From contig CAXXMB010000002.1 in the NCBI GenBank assembly GCA_963668675.2, positions 672,001 through 736,000 on the forward strand: a stretch of DNA of 64,000 nt, written 5' to 3'. The number at the start of each line of letters is the position of its first letter. Positions within the stretch are counted from its first letter, which is position 1. Source of the DNA: an uncultured Desulfatitalea sp. Its GTDB lineage: Bacteria > Desulfobacterota > Desulfobacteria > Desulfobacterales > Desulfosarcinaceae. The position numbers were made by a program, and so were the translations under genes. Positions 9,785-20,508 of the stretch are shown piece by piece. The notes beneath the pieces were generated by a model. The model worked only from the letters and a program-made list of their open reading frames with translations, was not told the origin of the DNA and made no database searches.

Positions 9785-9942
9785 TGCACGAAATGGGCAT
9801 GGCCCGATTCCGAACCTACCATTTCACCACCATATTCCAGCTCTATTGCCACCATTGAAGTGGCGTCCACAAGACCTATTATCTCTGCAATATAAGAAAA
9901 TGCATCAAGTGATTACAGCATAACAAAAGAGGGGGAACTGCC

Positions 9943-10278
9943 ATGAAAAATAGATTGAGCGATCTGCTGGACCATATCGGAGAGAGCTGCAAAGCGGAAA
10001 TTGCGCCCAACGCGCGGCACTACAAGGAGGTGAGTGTCGGTCGCCTGGCACAGGAGATGGGATACCCTGAACTGTCTGAGCCATTCAAGAACGCTTATGC
10101 TGTCGTACCGCTCAAAGTACCCTCGGCGGGAATGAAAGTACGCATCGATGGCCGGACCTTTGTGAACTACCGCCGGCACGCCTCGGGCATTGCCATTCCC
10201 GGGTATGTGGCCCGGGCCACCGGCCGCCGCTACGAAAATTTCATCCCCAACGACAGCATGATCCTCAACTATTGCTGA
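9943..10278 (+). CDS. Hypothetical protein
   Basis: 111-aa ORF with GAGGGG RBS, plausible composition, no recognised motif. Confidence 0.7.
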   Translation: MKNRLSDLLDHIGESCKAEIAPNARHYKEVSVGRLAQEMGYPELSEPFKNAYAVVPLKVPSAGMKVRIDGRTFVNYRRHASGIAIPGYVARATGRRYENFIPNDSMILNYC

Positions 10279-10610
10279 AATGCACACCACCCTATCCTCC
10301 CGGCCCTGGTGGTAACGATACCGCCAGGGGCCGCATGTAATCGGCAACTCGACATGCCCCGCCTGCCTCTGGCCAACATGGTCGAAATGGCTTGCTAACC
10401 GATTCCTAATATTTCTCTAGCACAGATCTAACCCAACGCTTGATATATGCGACCAGTTTGGTATGAAGGTTAGCGAACGGCTATTCACGAACCGTGGTCC
10501 CGCTCCAAAAGAGATTCCCCGGTTTGGCAAGCGGTGCTTGGGGAGCGGCCTACGGGAAAGAACTGTTTGCGGATTTACCGCATTTTACCCAATCCCCTTA
10601 AGGAGGAAAC

Positions 10611-11729
10611 ATGAAACAGATGTGTGCAAAATCCCTTATCACCGGCGCTCTTGCCTTGGCGCTCGTCGCCATCGCCTTCGCCCCGGCCTACGCCTTGGAT
10701 TTTAACATCTCAGGTCAGGTCAACCAAATGGCCATCTATGCTGACGATGGAGACGAAAGTGACTTCGCGGTTGTCGACAATGACTCCTCATCCACACGTA
10801 TCCGCGCAACCGGATCAGAGGACTTCGGCCAGATCAAGGTCGGTTTTCAGTTTGAACTGGAAGCGCAACAAAACTCGTCCTATAACTTTGAGATCAATCA
10901 GGATAGCGATGGGGACTTTGAATGGAACGGACGCTGGTTTAACGTCTATTTCGACACTGCGGCCGGTAAACTTGAAATCGGTCAAGGCAGCACCGCCTCC
11001 GACGGTACCGCCGAAACCGACCTCTCCGGGACCGGATTGGTCAACTATTCGAGTACCGCAGATATCGGTGGTGGCCTGCTTTGGAAAGATGACAACGGCA
11101 ATGCTTATGTAACTACAGCTGATGATCCAGCTACCCCTTGGGAAGATGAAACTGCGTATCTTGCAGTTGGCGACACCGTCACCAACTTCGACGGCTTCAG
11201 CCGAAAAGAACGTATTCGCTACAACACCCCCAACCTGGCCGGCTTCACCGTTGCCACCAGTTTCACAAATGGTGGTGCATGGGATGCCGCCCTGAATTAT
11301 GCCGGCGAGTTCGGCGGCAACAAATTGGCGGCTTCCGCAAGTTACCTCAAGTATAATGGCCGGAGCGACACAGTTAAAGATCGTATTGCCGCTTCGATCT
11401 CTTATCTGGCTCCCTTCGGCCTGAACCTCACCTTCGCCTACGGCACGGACAACTATGAGGCCGCTGGCCGTGATGACGCCGTCGGCTATTACGGCAAAAT
11501 CGGTTACAAAACCGGTATCCACGCTGTTGCCATCGATTATGGGGTTACCGAAGATCTGTTCGCGGAAGACTATGAGGGCTCTTCCTATGCTCTCGGCTAT
11601 GTCGTCAACCCGTGGGCGCCGGTCGAGCTCTATGCGGTTTACCGCGTGTTCATGCTTGATACACCAACCGGCGTTGATGATCCGGAGGACATCACTGTGA
11701 TCGGTGTCGGTACCCGCGTCAAATTCTAA
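10611..11729 (+). CDS. Gram-negative porin
   Basis: Signal peptide, SGQVN...STRIRATG, RIRYNTP, amphipathic strands, terminal Phe; strong RBS. Confidence 0.88.
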   Translation: MKQMCAKSLITGALALALVAIAFAPAYALDFNISGQVNQMAIYADDGDESDFAVVDNDSSSTRIRATGSEDFGQIKVGFQFELEAQQNSSYNFEINQDSDGDFEWNGRWFNVYFDTAAGKLEIGQGSTASDGTAETDLSGTGLVNYSSTADIGGGLLWKDDNGNAYVTTADDPATPWEDETAYLAVGDTVTNFDGFSRKERIRYNTPNLAGFTVATSFTNGGAWDAALNYAGEFGGNKLAASASYLKYNGRSDTVKDRIAASISYLAPFGLNLTFAYGTDNYEAAGRDDAVGYYGKIGYKTGIHAVAIDYGVTEDLFAEDYEGSSYALGYVVNPWAPVELYAVYRVFMLDTPTGVDDPEDITVIGVGTRVKF

Positions 11730-11780
11730 GCGGGAATAAGAAAGTGTCCTTAAGACAGGCTTAAAAACGCCTCTCACAAT

Positions 11781-11817
11781 AAAAAGGCGGCCCTCACGCG
11801 GTGGGGGTCGCCTTTTT
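11781..11817 (+). terminator. Intrinsic terminator (likely bidirectional)
   Basis: AAAAAGGCGGCCCTCAC-gcg-GTGGGGGTCGCCTTTTT after porin stop. Confidence 0.85.
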
Positions 11818-11855
11818 ACTTCCATTTCCGATGTTATCCAATCGGTGCCATGATA

Positions 11856-11879
11856 GGCGGGGATAAACCCCGCCCCTAC
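11856..11879 (-). repeat. GTAG-type REP-like palindrome
   Basis: Minus strand GTAG-GGGCGGGG-tttat-CCCCGCC. Confidence 0.6.
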
Positions 11880-11927
11880 GACCGATGGTCTTGCTACCTC
11901 TCAGATTTCGATGAATCTACAACTGGA

Positions 11928-12107
11928 GGTGAGTCCAGTGGGTGGTCTGCACCTCGTCAGCATTGCATTTTAGTGCCGCTTGGCTGCTGTGGAGGATCAG
12001 CGGCCCGGACTGTTTGAGCGCCAGCGAGTTTCCGGGTCGCCCGGAACAGCAGCTTAGCGGCACTTAAATGCGTTTGCGTGAGGTGCAGACCACCCACTGG
12101 ACTCACC
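11928..12107. repeat. 180-bp long-hairpin dispersed repeat, copy 1
   Basis: 28-bp perfect terminal IR (11928-11955/12080-12107); homologous to 50531-50710. Confidence 0.9.
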
Positions 12108-12152
12108 GGCTCACAAACCCATACCTTGATTTACTTCTTTAACTTCCGCCCC

Positions 12153-14027
12153 CTATTCCACCGCCAACGTATAGTGAACCGTATACCGCGCCAACAACTC
12201 TGCCACCCGCGCCTCGATCTTCAAGGTATCGGCGCCCTCGGCCGCTTCGATGCGGATCGTTGCGCTGGTGCCATGCACCTTGTCCTCCGCCACGCTCACT
12301 TCGACCCGCTTCACCAAATCGCCCAACCCCTTCAACGCCTCCTCATAGACCCGCCGGGTGGCATCCCAGCGCAGGGCCGGCTTGAATATCTTCCCCACCG
12401 CGGTGAGGGGGATCTGATCGACGACATAGATCTCCTTGGGCACCGCCGCCCGCTCGCCGATCTTGCTCTGGGCCCACTTCACGACATCCGCTTCACTCAC
12501 CCCGGCATCTTCGGCCAGCTCCACATAGGCCACCGGCACCTCCCCGGCGTGGGCATCCGGCCGCCCCACGGCAGCCGCCATATTGACCCCCTTGAGCTTG
12601 TAGAGCGGCTCTTCGATGGTGGCCGGATCGATATTGTGACCGCCGCGGATGATCAGCTCCTTCATGCGACCGGTCAGCCAGAAAAAGCCGTCCTTGTCCA
12701 TGCGCCCCATGTCGCCGGTGTTGAACCACCCCTCCTTGACCCAGAGGCCGCGGTTGTGCACCTCCTCCACATACCCTTTGAAAGCCGTCGGGCCGCTGAT
12801 GCACACCGATCCGATCTCCTCGACCTCGGCATCGCGCAGGTAGAGGCCGTCTGCATCCAGGACCATCACCTTGACGTGCTGGTAGGGCAACCGGATGCCG
12901 ATGCTGCCGACCTTTCGTTCACCGTCCTTGGGGTTGACACATGAAGCGCAGGTCGACTCGGTCAGTCCATAGCCCTCTAGTATCTTCATACCCGAGTGCT
13001 CCTCGAAGCGCCGGAAAAGCTCGACACTGAGCGGAGCCGCACCGCAGATCAGGTATTTGAGTGAAGAGATGTCGGCATCGCCGACCGGAGTGTCCAGCAG
13101 AACGGAAAGCACCGTCGGCACGCAGGAGAAGAAAACCGGTTTGTAGTGTGCCACGATCTTGTAGAAATTTTTCATGATCGAGGGGTTGCGATACCCTGCG
13201 GCGGATAGGATAACGACCTCCCCGCCCAGGGCAAAGGGCAGAAGGCCGGTGACACAAGTTCCGTTGCAGTGAAAGAGCGGCAGACCAACCATCACCGCCT
13301 CGCCCGGCTGCAGCTCGGTGGCGATTTTGAGCCCCCAGGTCAGTGCCACCTCATTGAAGTGGCTCCGTTTGGCCAACTTTGGCCGGCCCGTGGTACCGCC
13401 GGTGTGATAGAGAGAGGCGATATCGTCGGGTTGAATCTCGCGCTCGAATGTCAACCGATCTCCGGCATAACGCGCCACCGTCTCCTCAAAGCCAAAAATG
13501 CCCTGGGCCTCGTCCGAAGGGCCCATAACCCGTATTACCCTCTTCAGGGAGGGGATCTCCTTGCGGATGGCTTCGACCTTGGGCCAGATGTCCGCGCCCG
13601 GCACATCGCCCAACGCCACCAGCACTTTGGTGCCGGCCGCCTGACAGATCTCCTTGATCGTCTCGGCCTCGAGCATGGGGTTTATGGGATTGGCGATACC
13701 GACCGTCTCCGCTCCCCACAACACGAAGTGGGTCTGGGGCAGGTTGGGGAGCAGATAAGTCACAACGTCCTGTGGCCCCACCCCCATGTCGGCCAGCATA
13801 TTGGCGGTCTGCCGAATTCTTCCGATGAACTCTCCGTAAGTGACACGTTGGGGATTCTGGAAATCGTCTCCATCGGCGATAAAGCTCATGGCTATGGACG
13901 CCGGATTGATGGCTGCTCCCTTGCTGATCAATTCATAGGTGCTGCTCTCTGTAACGCGCTCGGAGAAGGGTACCGTCTCTATGGCTTCGATATCCGCCAG
14001 ATTCCGAATGGTAAAGGTTTCGCCCAT
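12153..14027 (-). CDS. Acyl-CoA synthetase (AMP-binding family)
   Basis: YHTGGTTGRPK, EGYGLTE, TGDMG, GRMKELIIRGGHNI, LTAVGKI; start MGETF with AGGAGG RBS. Confidence 0.92.
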   Translation of the reverse strand: MGETFTIRNLADIEAIETVPFSERVTESSTYELISKGAAINPASIAMSFIADGDDFQNPQRVTYGEFIGRIRQTANMLADMGVGPQDVVTYLLPNLPQTHFVLWGAETVGIANPINPMLEAETIKEICQAAGTKVLVALGDVPGADIWPKVEAIRKEIPSLKRVIRVMGPSDEAQGIFGFEETVARYAGDRLTFEREIQPDDIASLYHTGGTTGRPKLAKRSHFNEVALTWGLKIATELQPGEAVMVGLPLFHCNGTCVTGLLPFALGGEVVILSAAGYRNPSIMKNFYKIVAHYKPVFFSCVPTVLSVLLDTPVGDADISSLKYLICGAAPLSVELFRRFEEHSGMKILEGYGLTESTCASCVNPKDGERKVGSIGIRLPYQHVKVMVLDADGLYLRDAEVEEIGSVCISGPTAFKGYVEEVHNRGLWVKEGWFNTGDMGRMDKDGFFWLTGRMKELIIRGGHNIDPATIEEPLYKLKGVNMAAAVGRPDAHAGEVPVAYVELAEDAGVSEADVVKWAQSKIGERAAVPKEIYVVDQIPLTAVGKIFKPALRWDATRRVYEEALKGLGDLVKRVEVSVAEDKVHGTSATIRIEAAEGADTLKIEARVAELLARYTVHYTLAVE

Positions 14028-14312
14028 GCTTTCCTCCTGGAAAATGATTGCAGTCAGGGGATCGGACCGATGACTGGGTTGGTATGAAACGGCAATGCTG
14101 AACCTGCCAGGAACGCCTTCCCCATGGGTCGGCGCTTTAATAATGGCCATTCAGCATGCACTGAAAAGGGACGTTGCAAACTGACAGGCAGAATAGACGA
14201 ATCCAGGTATGCTTGCCAAGGCAAAAAATGGAAGATAGGTAAGTAAAAAGGTCTCCCCATCTGCGGCCGACGGAAGGGTCTCAGATGGGGAGGCGTATTC
14301 TCGTGCTTCCGG

Positions 14313-15650
14313 TTAGAGTCGCGACTCCGGAAAAATAAGGCCGTAGCCGCTCTCGCCGTGCAGGGACTGATCCAGGCCCTGTTGCTCCCCCTCCTCATCG
14401 ATCCGGAAACCGATGGTCTTTTCGACCAGCAGGGAGATCACCCAAGTCCCTACAGCTGCCAGGGCAATCGTAACCCCAATGCCCTTGAGTTGTACGAGAA
14501 ACTGCTGCCAGGCGTTCCAGCCGGCCAAATTGGCGGCGGCAGCGGCCATCCAGCTGTCACGGATAAAGAAACTGAGCAGCAGCACGCCCAACCCGCTCCC
14601 TACGCCATGGATACCGAAGCAGTCCAGGCTGTCGTCGTATCCCAGCTTCATCTTCACCTGCAGCGCATAGTAGCATGCAATGGCGGAGATGGCCCCCAGC
14701 GCCAGGGCACCCGCCGGCTGCACCACCCCGGCGGCAGGCGTGATCACCACCAGTCCGGCCAGAATGCCCGAAACGAATCCCAGCGAGGTCACTTTGCGAA
14801 AGACCAGCGCTTCGATGATCATCCAGGTGAGGGCACCACTGGCCGCCGATATCTGGGTCATGGTCAATGCCCGGGCCGTGTCCAGGCCGCTCTGTACGGT
14901 GGAGCCGGCGTTGAACCCGAACCAGCCGGCCCACAGGATGCCGGCCCCCATCATGGTCATCACCAGGTTGTTGGGGCTCATGGTGGTCTTGGGAAAGCCC
15001 TTGCGCGGTTTGAGAAAAAGCGCCACCACCAGGGCACTGATGCCGGCGGAGACATGGATCACCAAACCACCGGCCAGATCGATCACACCGGCGGCACCGC
15101 TGTTGAAAAGCCAGCCGTCGGGCGCCCACACCCAATGACACAGCGGACAGTAGATGAAGAGAAACCACAAGACGATGAAAAGCGTGTAGCCTTTGAAGTA
15201 GACCCGTTCGGCCAGGGCGCCGCTGATCAGGGCCGGGGTGATGATGGCAAACTTACCCTGGAACATGGCCAGCACATATTCGGGGACCCCATTTACGATG
15301 GTCTCGTCGATGCCGCGAAGCATGAAATAGTCGCTGTTCCAGCCGACAAATCCGCCGAGAATGCTTTTGCCGAAGGCGAGGGAGTAACCGCACACCGCCC
15401 ACAGGACACCGATGATAGCGATGGCCACGAAGCTGTGCATCATGGTTCCCAGTACATTTTTGGTCCGCACCAGGCCGCCGTAAAACATGGCCAGCCCCGG
15501 CACCATGAGCAGCACAAGGGCCGTGGATGTCAACATCCAGGCGGTGGTGCCACTGTCCACCGGCCCGGGATCCCCTGCCAGAGCCGGGAGAGTACCGGCA
15601 ACCAGAACGATCCACGCCATCAACAGGCCCGCAAAAAGCCTCCTCTTCAT
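14313..15650 (-). CDS. amt: Ammonium transporter
   Basis: PGLAMFYGGLVR, FQGKFA, DLAGGLVIH, WFGFNAGS, DDSLDCFGIHG (twin His); start MKRRL with RBS. Confidence 0.95.
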   Translation of the reverse strand: MKRRLFAGLLMAWIVLVAGTLPALAGDPGPVDSGTTAWMLTSTALVLLMVPGLAMFYGGLVRTKNVLGTMMHSFVAIAIIGVLWAVCGYSLAFGKSILGGFVGWNSDYFMLRGIDETIVNGVPEYVLAMFQGKFAIITPALISGALAERVYFKGYTLFIVLWFLFIYCPLCHWVWAPDGWLFNSGAAGVIDLAGGLVIHVSAGISALVVALFLKPRKGFPKTTMSPNNLVMTMMGAGILWAGWFGFNAGSTVQSGLDTARALTMTQISAASGALTWMIIEALVFRKVTSLGFVSGILAGLVVITPAAGVVQPAGALALGAISAIACYYALQVKMKLGYDDSLDCFGIHGVGSGLGVLLLSFFIRDSWMAAAAANLAGWNAWQQFLVQLKGIGVTIALAAVGTWVISLLVEKTIGFRIDEEGEQQGLDQSLHGESGYGLIFPESRL

Positions 15651-15788
15651 CACTTCCTCCTTATAAATGGTAAATGGTGGGTATATCCGGCCGTGAACGA
15701 TGCCCCCCATCGTCACGGCCACCCCTGTTGCCTACCAGTGGGCATCCCTGTTGGACGGACGCCCCCTGGGGGAAATCCTTTAAGGGTT

Positions 15789-15804
15789 AGCATATGGTGT
15801 GCCG
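15789..15804 (-). promoter_or_regulatory. Probable sigma-54 promoter of amt
   Basis: Minus strand CGGCAC-ACCAT-ATGCT (GG-N10-GC), with an AT-rich tract upstream. Confidence 0.6.
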
Positions 15805-15912
15805 GCAACATAAAACAGAATAAGATACTGTAATATATGCTAATTATATGTATAAAGAGGTTATGAACAAAAATTTTGTTTACAATTTTGTTGGTATTAG
15901 AGGCGGGTTATT

Positions 15913-18756
15913 TCAATTTTGTAATTTTGCACCTGGCTCTGTTGCCGCATATCTGGAGAGCTGGGATTCGATGGCCTTGAGCAATAGATCGGGCTGGATC
16001 GGCTTGGAGACATAGTCGTCCATACCCGCATTGAGGCATTTGGTCCGATCGCCCTTCATGGCGTGGGCGGTCATGGCGATAATCGGCACCCCGGGGTGCT
16101 TCACGCCGTCCCGGGCCTCCCTGATCTGCCGGGTCGCCTCGAAGCCGTCCATTTCGGGCATCTGCACATCCATCAACACCAGGTCGTAGTCGGTTGCAGC
16201 CAAGGCCCGCATCGCTTCACGGCCGTCGTTGACCGCATCGGCGCGAAACCCGAAACGGTCGAGCAGATGCAGTGCCAGTTTCTGGTTGATGGCGTTGTCT
16301 TCGGCCAGGAGGATACGCACCTTGCGCCGCCGCTCCTCGGAGAGGGAGTAGCTGGTAACGATCTGCCCCCTCTTGGCCTCGACCGGTCCTTGCGGTGGTC
16401 TGCTCAGCACCGTCACCAAGCAGTCAAAAAGCTGGGAGCGCCGCACCGGCTTGGTCAGGTAAGCGGAAAAACCGATGCGCTTCATCTCGGCCGCGTCCCC
16501 ACGCAGTCCCTGAGATGTCAGCATGATCATGCGAATCGGGGAGAGCGCCGGATCGGCTTTGATGCGGCGGCCCAATTCTGCGCCATCCATGTCAGGCATC
16601 AGCATATCGGAGATGACCAGGTCATATGGCGCCCCGGCCTTGACCACGGCATGCATCAAAGAGAGGGCCACCTCTGCACCCAATGCCATATCGCAGCTAC
16701 AGCCCCACGCCTTCAGATAGCCATTGAGGATCGTCAGATTGGTGCGGCTGTCGTCGACGATCAATACTCGTTTGTCGCGGATCGAGTCGGGTATTGGCAA
16801 CAATTTCGTCGTTACGACACGCTGTTTTTCGAAACGGGCCGTAAACCAGAAGGTCGAGCCCTCCTGGGGTGCGCTCTCCACACCGATATGGCCGCCCATC
16901 AACTCTGCCAGGCGCTTGGAGATGGCCAGCCCCAGGCCGGTGCCTCCGAACTTGCGTGTGGTAGAGGCGTCCACCTGCTGAAACGAACCGAACAGCTTGG
17001 CCTGGTCCTCCTCGGAGATGCCGATCCCGGTGTCCGACACGGCAAAACGCAGGCTCACCTCCTCCTCCGACTCCTGCTCTGCGTTGACACGCAGGACCAC
17101 TTCACCCTGCTTAGTGAATTTGATGGCATTGGTGGCCAGATTCACAATGATCTGGCGCAGCCGGCCCGGATCTCCCCTGAGCAGCGAGGGCACTTCGTGG
17201 TCGATCTGATAGGCGAATTCGAGCCCTTTGGCGTGGGCCTGCATGGCCGGCAGGGCGATCACTTCAGCGATGGTCTTGCGCAGATCGAAATCGATGATCT
17301 CAATATCCAGTTTGCCGGCTTCGATTTTTGAGAAATCGAGCACGTCGTTGATGACCGAAAGCAGGCTCTCGGCGCTGCGCTTGCCTGTCTCGACAAAATC
17401 GGCCTGCTCCTGGGTCAGCTCGGTATCGTACAGAAGGTTGTACATGCCGAGGATACCGTTCATGGGGGTGCGAATCTCATGGCTCATGTTGGCCAGGAAC
17501 TCGCTCTTGGCCTGTGTGGCTGCCTCGGCCCGCTCCTTGGCTTCGGCAAGTGCCGCTTCGGCCTGCTTCCGTTCAGTGATGTCCCGGGCCACCCCACGAA
17601 ATCCGACCGGCTCTCCCTGGCTATCCAACCGCAGCGATGCCGAGCACTCTACAAAGCGCTTGAGCCCCTCTTCGAGAATGACTTCGTACTGAAGGCAGGG
17701 GTTGGAACGCCCGGTTTTAAAAACGTTACCGAAAGCCTCCTGCAGCTTCTCCCGATTCTCTTGATCTACGTAATCTCGATAATCCGCGACGACCAAAAGC
17801 TCTTTGCCGGTGCCGAAAAGTCTGGCCATGGCGTCGTTGCAAAAGGTAAAACGCCCCCCGAAATCAAGTTCGTAGTAACCGTCCTCAATGCTCTCAAGGA
17901 TATTGCGATACTTGCGTTCGCTTTCCCGCAAAGCCTTTTCAGCGACCTTCTTTTCGGTCACATCACGGGAAATGCCGCTGAATCCCACAGGTTTTCCCTT
18001 GGCATCTCGGATCAGGGTTACATTCAGTTCAGTATAAAGCGTGCTGCCGTCCTTGCGAATAATCTCATTATCCAGAATCTTTCCGGAAACACCGGTATCG
18101 TAGATTTCGGTGCACATTTTTATCTGTTTTCCGGTCATATAAGGGTCTGCAAAATTCCCGAAATTGGCGCCGATGAGCTCCTCCCGGGGGCGTCCGAAAT
18201 GCTTGCAAGCCACATCATTTAAGTAGGAATAATTCCCACTGAGATCTGTTTCAAAATAGGCATCCTCAAGCGTTTCGATGATTGTTCGAAACCTCTCTTC
18301 GCTCTGCCGCAGTTGCTTCTCCCGGTGGCTGCTTTCGATGGCCGCAACAAGGACGCTGTAGACCGTGTTGGCATCAGCTGTTTGGAGCGGCAGATAGCCC
18401 ACGGCCCCATGTCGGGCCGCCTCCAAGGCATCGCTCTGGTTAAACGGATCTGCCAGCAGCACGACCGGCAGATGAGCTGCCGCCGCCTTGAGCCGGCAGC
18501 AGGCGTCGATCCCCTCTTTCTCATGCAAGTTCAGGCATTGAAGCGCGGCATCATATTCCCCGAACGAGAGGGCCTCTATGGCTGCGGAGAGATGTTCAAC
18601 CAGATGCAGCCGGCATTCGGCGGATTCTATTTCGGAAAGACGCTTTCGAACATGGGAAGTTTGGCCTGGATCGGCCGCAATGACGAGAATGTTCACCCGA
18701 TTGCTCCTTTTCGCCAGATAAGAAGAGACCGATAAAAATTGATATCGGCTCTTCAC
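15913..18756 (-). CDS. Hybrid sensor histidine kinase (REC-like, PAS x2, HisKA, HATPase, REC x2)
   Basis: [37 protein letters not shown], two C-terminal receivers (SDMLMP, MDVQMP). Confidence 0.95.
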   Translation of the reverse strand: MKSRYQFLSVSSYLAKRSNRVNILVIAADPGQTSHVRKRLSEIESAECRLHLVEHLSAAIEALSFGEYDAALQCLNLHEKEGIDACCRLKAAAAHLPVVLLADPFNQSDALEAARHGAVGYLPLQTADANTVYSVLVAAIESSHREKQLRQSEERFRTIIETLEDAYFETDLSGNYSYLNDVACKHFGRPREELIGANFGNFADPYMTGKQIKMCTEIYDTGVSGKILDNEIIRKDGSTLYTELNVTLIRDAKGKPVGFSGISRDVTEKKVAEKALRESERKYRNILESIEDGYYELDFGGRFTFCNDAMARLFGTGKELLVVADYRDYVDQENREKLQEAFGNVFKTGRSNPCLQYEVILEEGLKRFVECSASLRLDSQGEPVGFRGVARDITERKQAEAALAEAKERAEAATQAKSEFLANMSHEIRTPMNGILGMYNLLYDTELTQEQADFVETGKRSAESLLSVINDVLDFSKIEAGKLDIEIIDFDLRKTIAEVIALPAMQAHAKGLEFAYQIDHEVPSLLRGDPGRLRQIIVNLATNAIKFTKQGEVVLRVNAEQESEEEVSLRFAVSDTGIGISEEDQAKLFGSFQQVDASTTRKFGGTGLGLAISKRLAELMGGHIGVESAPQEGSTFWFTARFEKQRVVTTKLLPIPDSIRDKRVLIVDDSRTNLTILNGYLKAWGCSCDMALGAEVALSLMHAVVKAGAPYDLVISDMLMPDMDGAELGRRIKADPALSPIRMIMLTSQGLRGDAAEMKRIGFSAYLTKPVRRSQLFDCLVTVLSRPPQGPVEAKRGQIVTSYSLSEERRRKVRILLAEDNAINQKLALHLLDRFGFRADAVNDGREAMRALAATDYDLVLMDVQMPEMDGFEATRQIREARDGVKHPGVPIIAMTAHAMKGDRTKCLNAGMDDYVSKPIQPDLLLKAIESQLSRYAATEPGAKLQN

Positions 18757-18858
18757 CTTTACACTTGAGGGGGGAGTAGCCTCCCTGGCCCCGTCTGAAA
18801 TCGTCTCTATTCCACAGCATCGCCTGTCTCGCCCCCAAGATCAACCAGACATGCGGTT

Positions 18859-18886
18859 GTTACACTTTGTTACACTTCGTTACCCC
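18859..18886 (+). promoter_or_regulatory. Candidate OmpR-family binding site (GTTAC x3, 10-bp period)
   Basis: GTTAC at 18859, 18869, 18879 immediately upstream of TTGAAA (18888). Confidence 0.55.
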
Positions 18887-18977
18887 GTTGAAAAGCACCG
18901 CCGCTGCGGTTGCGATAGGGTATGAACCATACAGGGGCACCCCCTGCTAACCCCAGCAAGCGAATCAGGAGGTCACC

Positions 18978-19436
18978 ATGAAAAAACGTCGTTTGATTTA
19001 CAGTGGGCTCATCATGGCACTGGTGGGATTGGTCTTCACCGGTTTTGCCTATGGCTACCGGCACTTCTATTCACCCGAGGAGCGAATCAACCACTTTACG
19101 GAAAAGATCACCAACGAACTGAACCTGGACACCCGGCAGAAAGCTGTGCTGGAAGAGATCGCATCATCCTTCAAAAATAGAATCACCGAGCTGCGCAGCG
19201 GCCGGGAGCAGACCCACCGAGAGCTGGTGGCGTTGGTAGAGCAGGAGCAGGTTACGGTTGAGGATATTCAAACGGTGATGGCCCGGCCCCGCGAAAAATT
19301 CGATGCAATGGCCGTTTTTGCATCCGAGCAGTTTGTTCGCTTCCATGCGGTGTTGAACGCCGAGCAGCGCACACAGCTGGCGCAAGCCATCGACGAACAC
19401 GCCTCCAATGCCCGCAAGTGCCGCTTTGGACGATAA
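18978..19436 (+). CDS. Spy/CpxP-family periplasmic protein
   Basis: Signal peptide, LNLDTRQ and VLNAEQR (LTxxQ-like) motifs, helical. Confidence 0.8.
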   Translation: MKKRRLIYSGLIMALVGLVFTGFAYGYRHFYSPEERINHFTEKITNELNLDTRQKAVLEEIASSFKNRITELRSGREQTHRELVALVEQEQVTVEDIQTVMARPREKFDAMAVFASEQFVRFHAVLNAEQRTQLAQAIDEHASNARKCRFGR

Positions 19437-19527
19437 CGGCCTGTCCCCCAAGGTATCCGGCCACCGGCGAGGAACACCGCCCGGCCGGATACCACCCCGT
19501 TTTCACTCTTGATAGGAGGGTAAAACA

Positions 19528-19779
19528 ATGACAGAAAAGAGAGCGTACAAAAAAAAGGGAACGGCCGAACCATCGGCCCCGTTGAAAAGCCCCCGACCAG
19601 CAGCCGGCACAGAGGCCAAACCCTCCCGGCGTAGTCGCCGCCTCGGCCTCACGCCGGAGGGTGTCGACAGGCAATTCTGGCCACTGTGGCGCGCCCATGT
19701 GCTGGCCGGTATCGGCATGATTACCGGCTATTCGTTAGGGTTGCCGATGATGTCCGACACCCATCGCAAAGATTCGTAA
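19528..19779 (+). CDS. Small hypothetical protein
   Basis: AGGAGG RBS; basic N-terminus with one hydrophobic segment; lies between operon genes. Confidence 0.55.
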   Translation: MTEKRAYKKKGTAEPSAPLKSPRPAAGTEAKPSRRSRRLGLTPEGVDRQFWPLWRAHVLAGIGMITGYSLGLPMMSDTHRKDS

Positions 19780-19812
19780 CGCTTTTTGGCAAATCCCCGA
19801 AGGGAGCGTGGT

Positions 19813-20508
19813 GTGGAAACCACCCTGCTGATCATCGACGACGACGAGAAACTCAACCGGCTGCTCACCAAGTACTTGAAAGAGTTTGGATATCGCCTTT
19901 TCTCGGCAACCCATCCCCAAAAGGGGCTGTCGCTGCTCAAAAAGGAATCGCCCGATCTGGTTATCCTCGACGTGATGCTGCCGGAGATGAACGGCTTTGA
20001 AGTGTGCAAACAGGTTCGGTCGTCCAGCAGCGTACCGATCATCATGCTCACCGCCAGGGGCGATCTGATGGACAAAGTGGTGGGGCTCGAGTTGGGCGCC
20101 GACGACTATCTGCCCAAACCGTTCGAGCCGCGGGAGTTGGTGGCCCGCATCCAATCGATTCTGCGCCGCACCCAGATTCAACCCGAAGTCAGCCGGACCG
20201 AATTGGGACGACTGAGCGTCGATTGGGGCCGACGGCGGGTATGGCTGGATGGGGTAGAGGTTATCCTGACCACCAATGAGTTTTCCGCCTTGGCCCTGCT
20301 GGTGCGCCATCCCGGCCGGGTGCTCGACCGGGATGAGATCCTGCAGGAGCTGCGCGGCATGGAGAGCGAGGCCTTCAATCGCACGGTCGACATCACCATC
20401 AGCCGCCTGCGTCAGAAGCTCAACGACGATCCACGCCATCCCGAGTTCATCAAAACCGTGTGGGGTGCCGGTTACATCTTTGTGGGAGGCGAATCCCGGA
20501 ATGCATAA
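19813..20508 (+). CDS. OmpR-family response regulator
   Basis: IIDDD, LDVMLP, GADDYLPKPF, winged helix RTVDITISRLRQKL, TVWGAGY; probable GTG start. Confidence 0.95.
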   Translation: METTLLIIDDDEKLNRLLTKYLKEFGYRLFSATHPQKGLSLLKKESPDLVILDVMLPEMNGFEVCKQVRSSSSVPIIMLTARGDLMDKVVGLELGADDYLPKPFEPRELVARIQSILRRTQIQPEVSRTELGRLSVDWGRRRVWLDGVEVILTTNEFSALALLVRHPGRVLDRDEILQELRGMESEAFNRTVDITISRLRQKLNDDPRHPEFIKTVWGAGYIFVGGESRNA

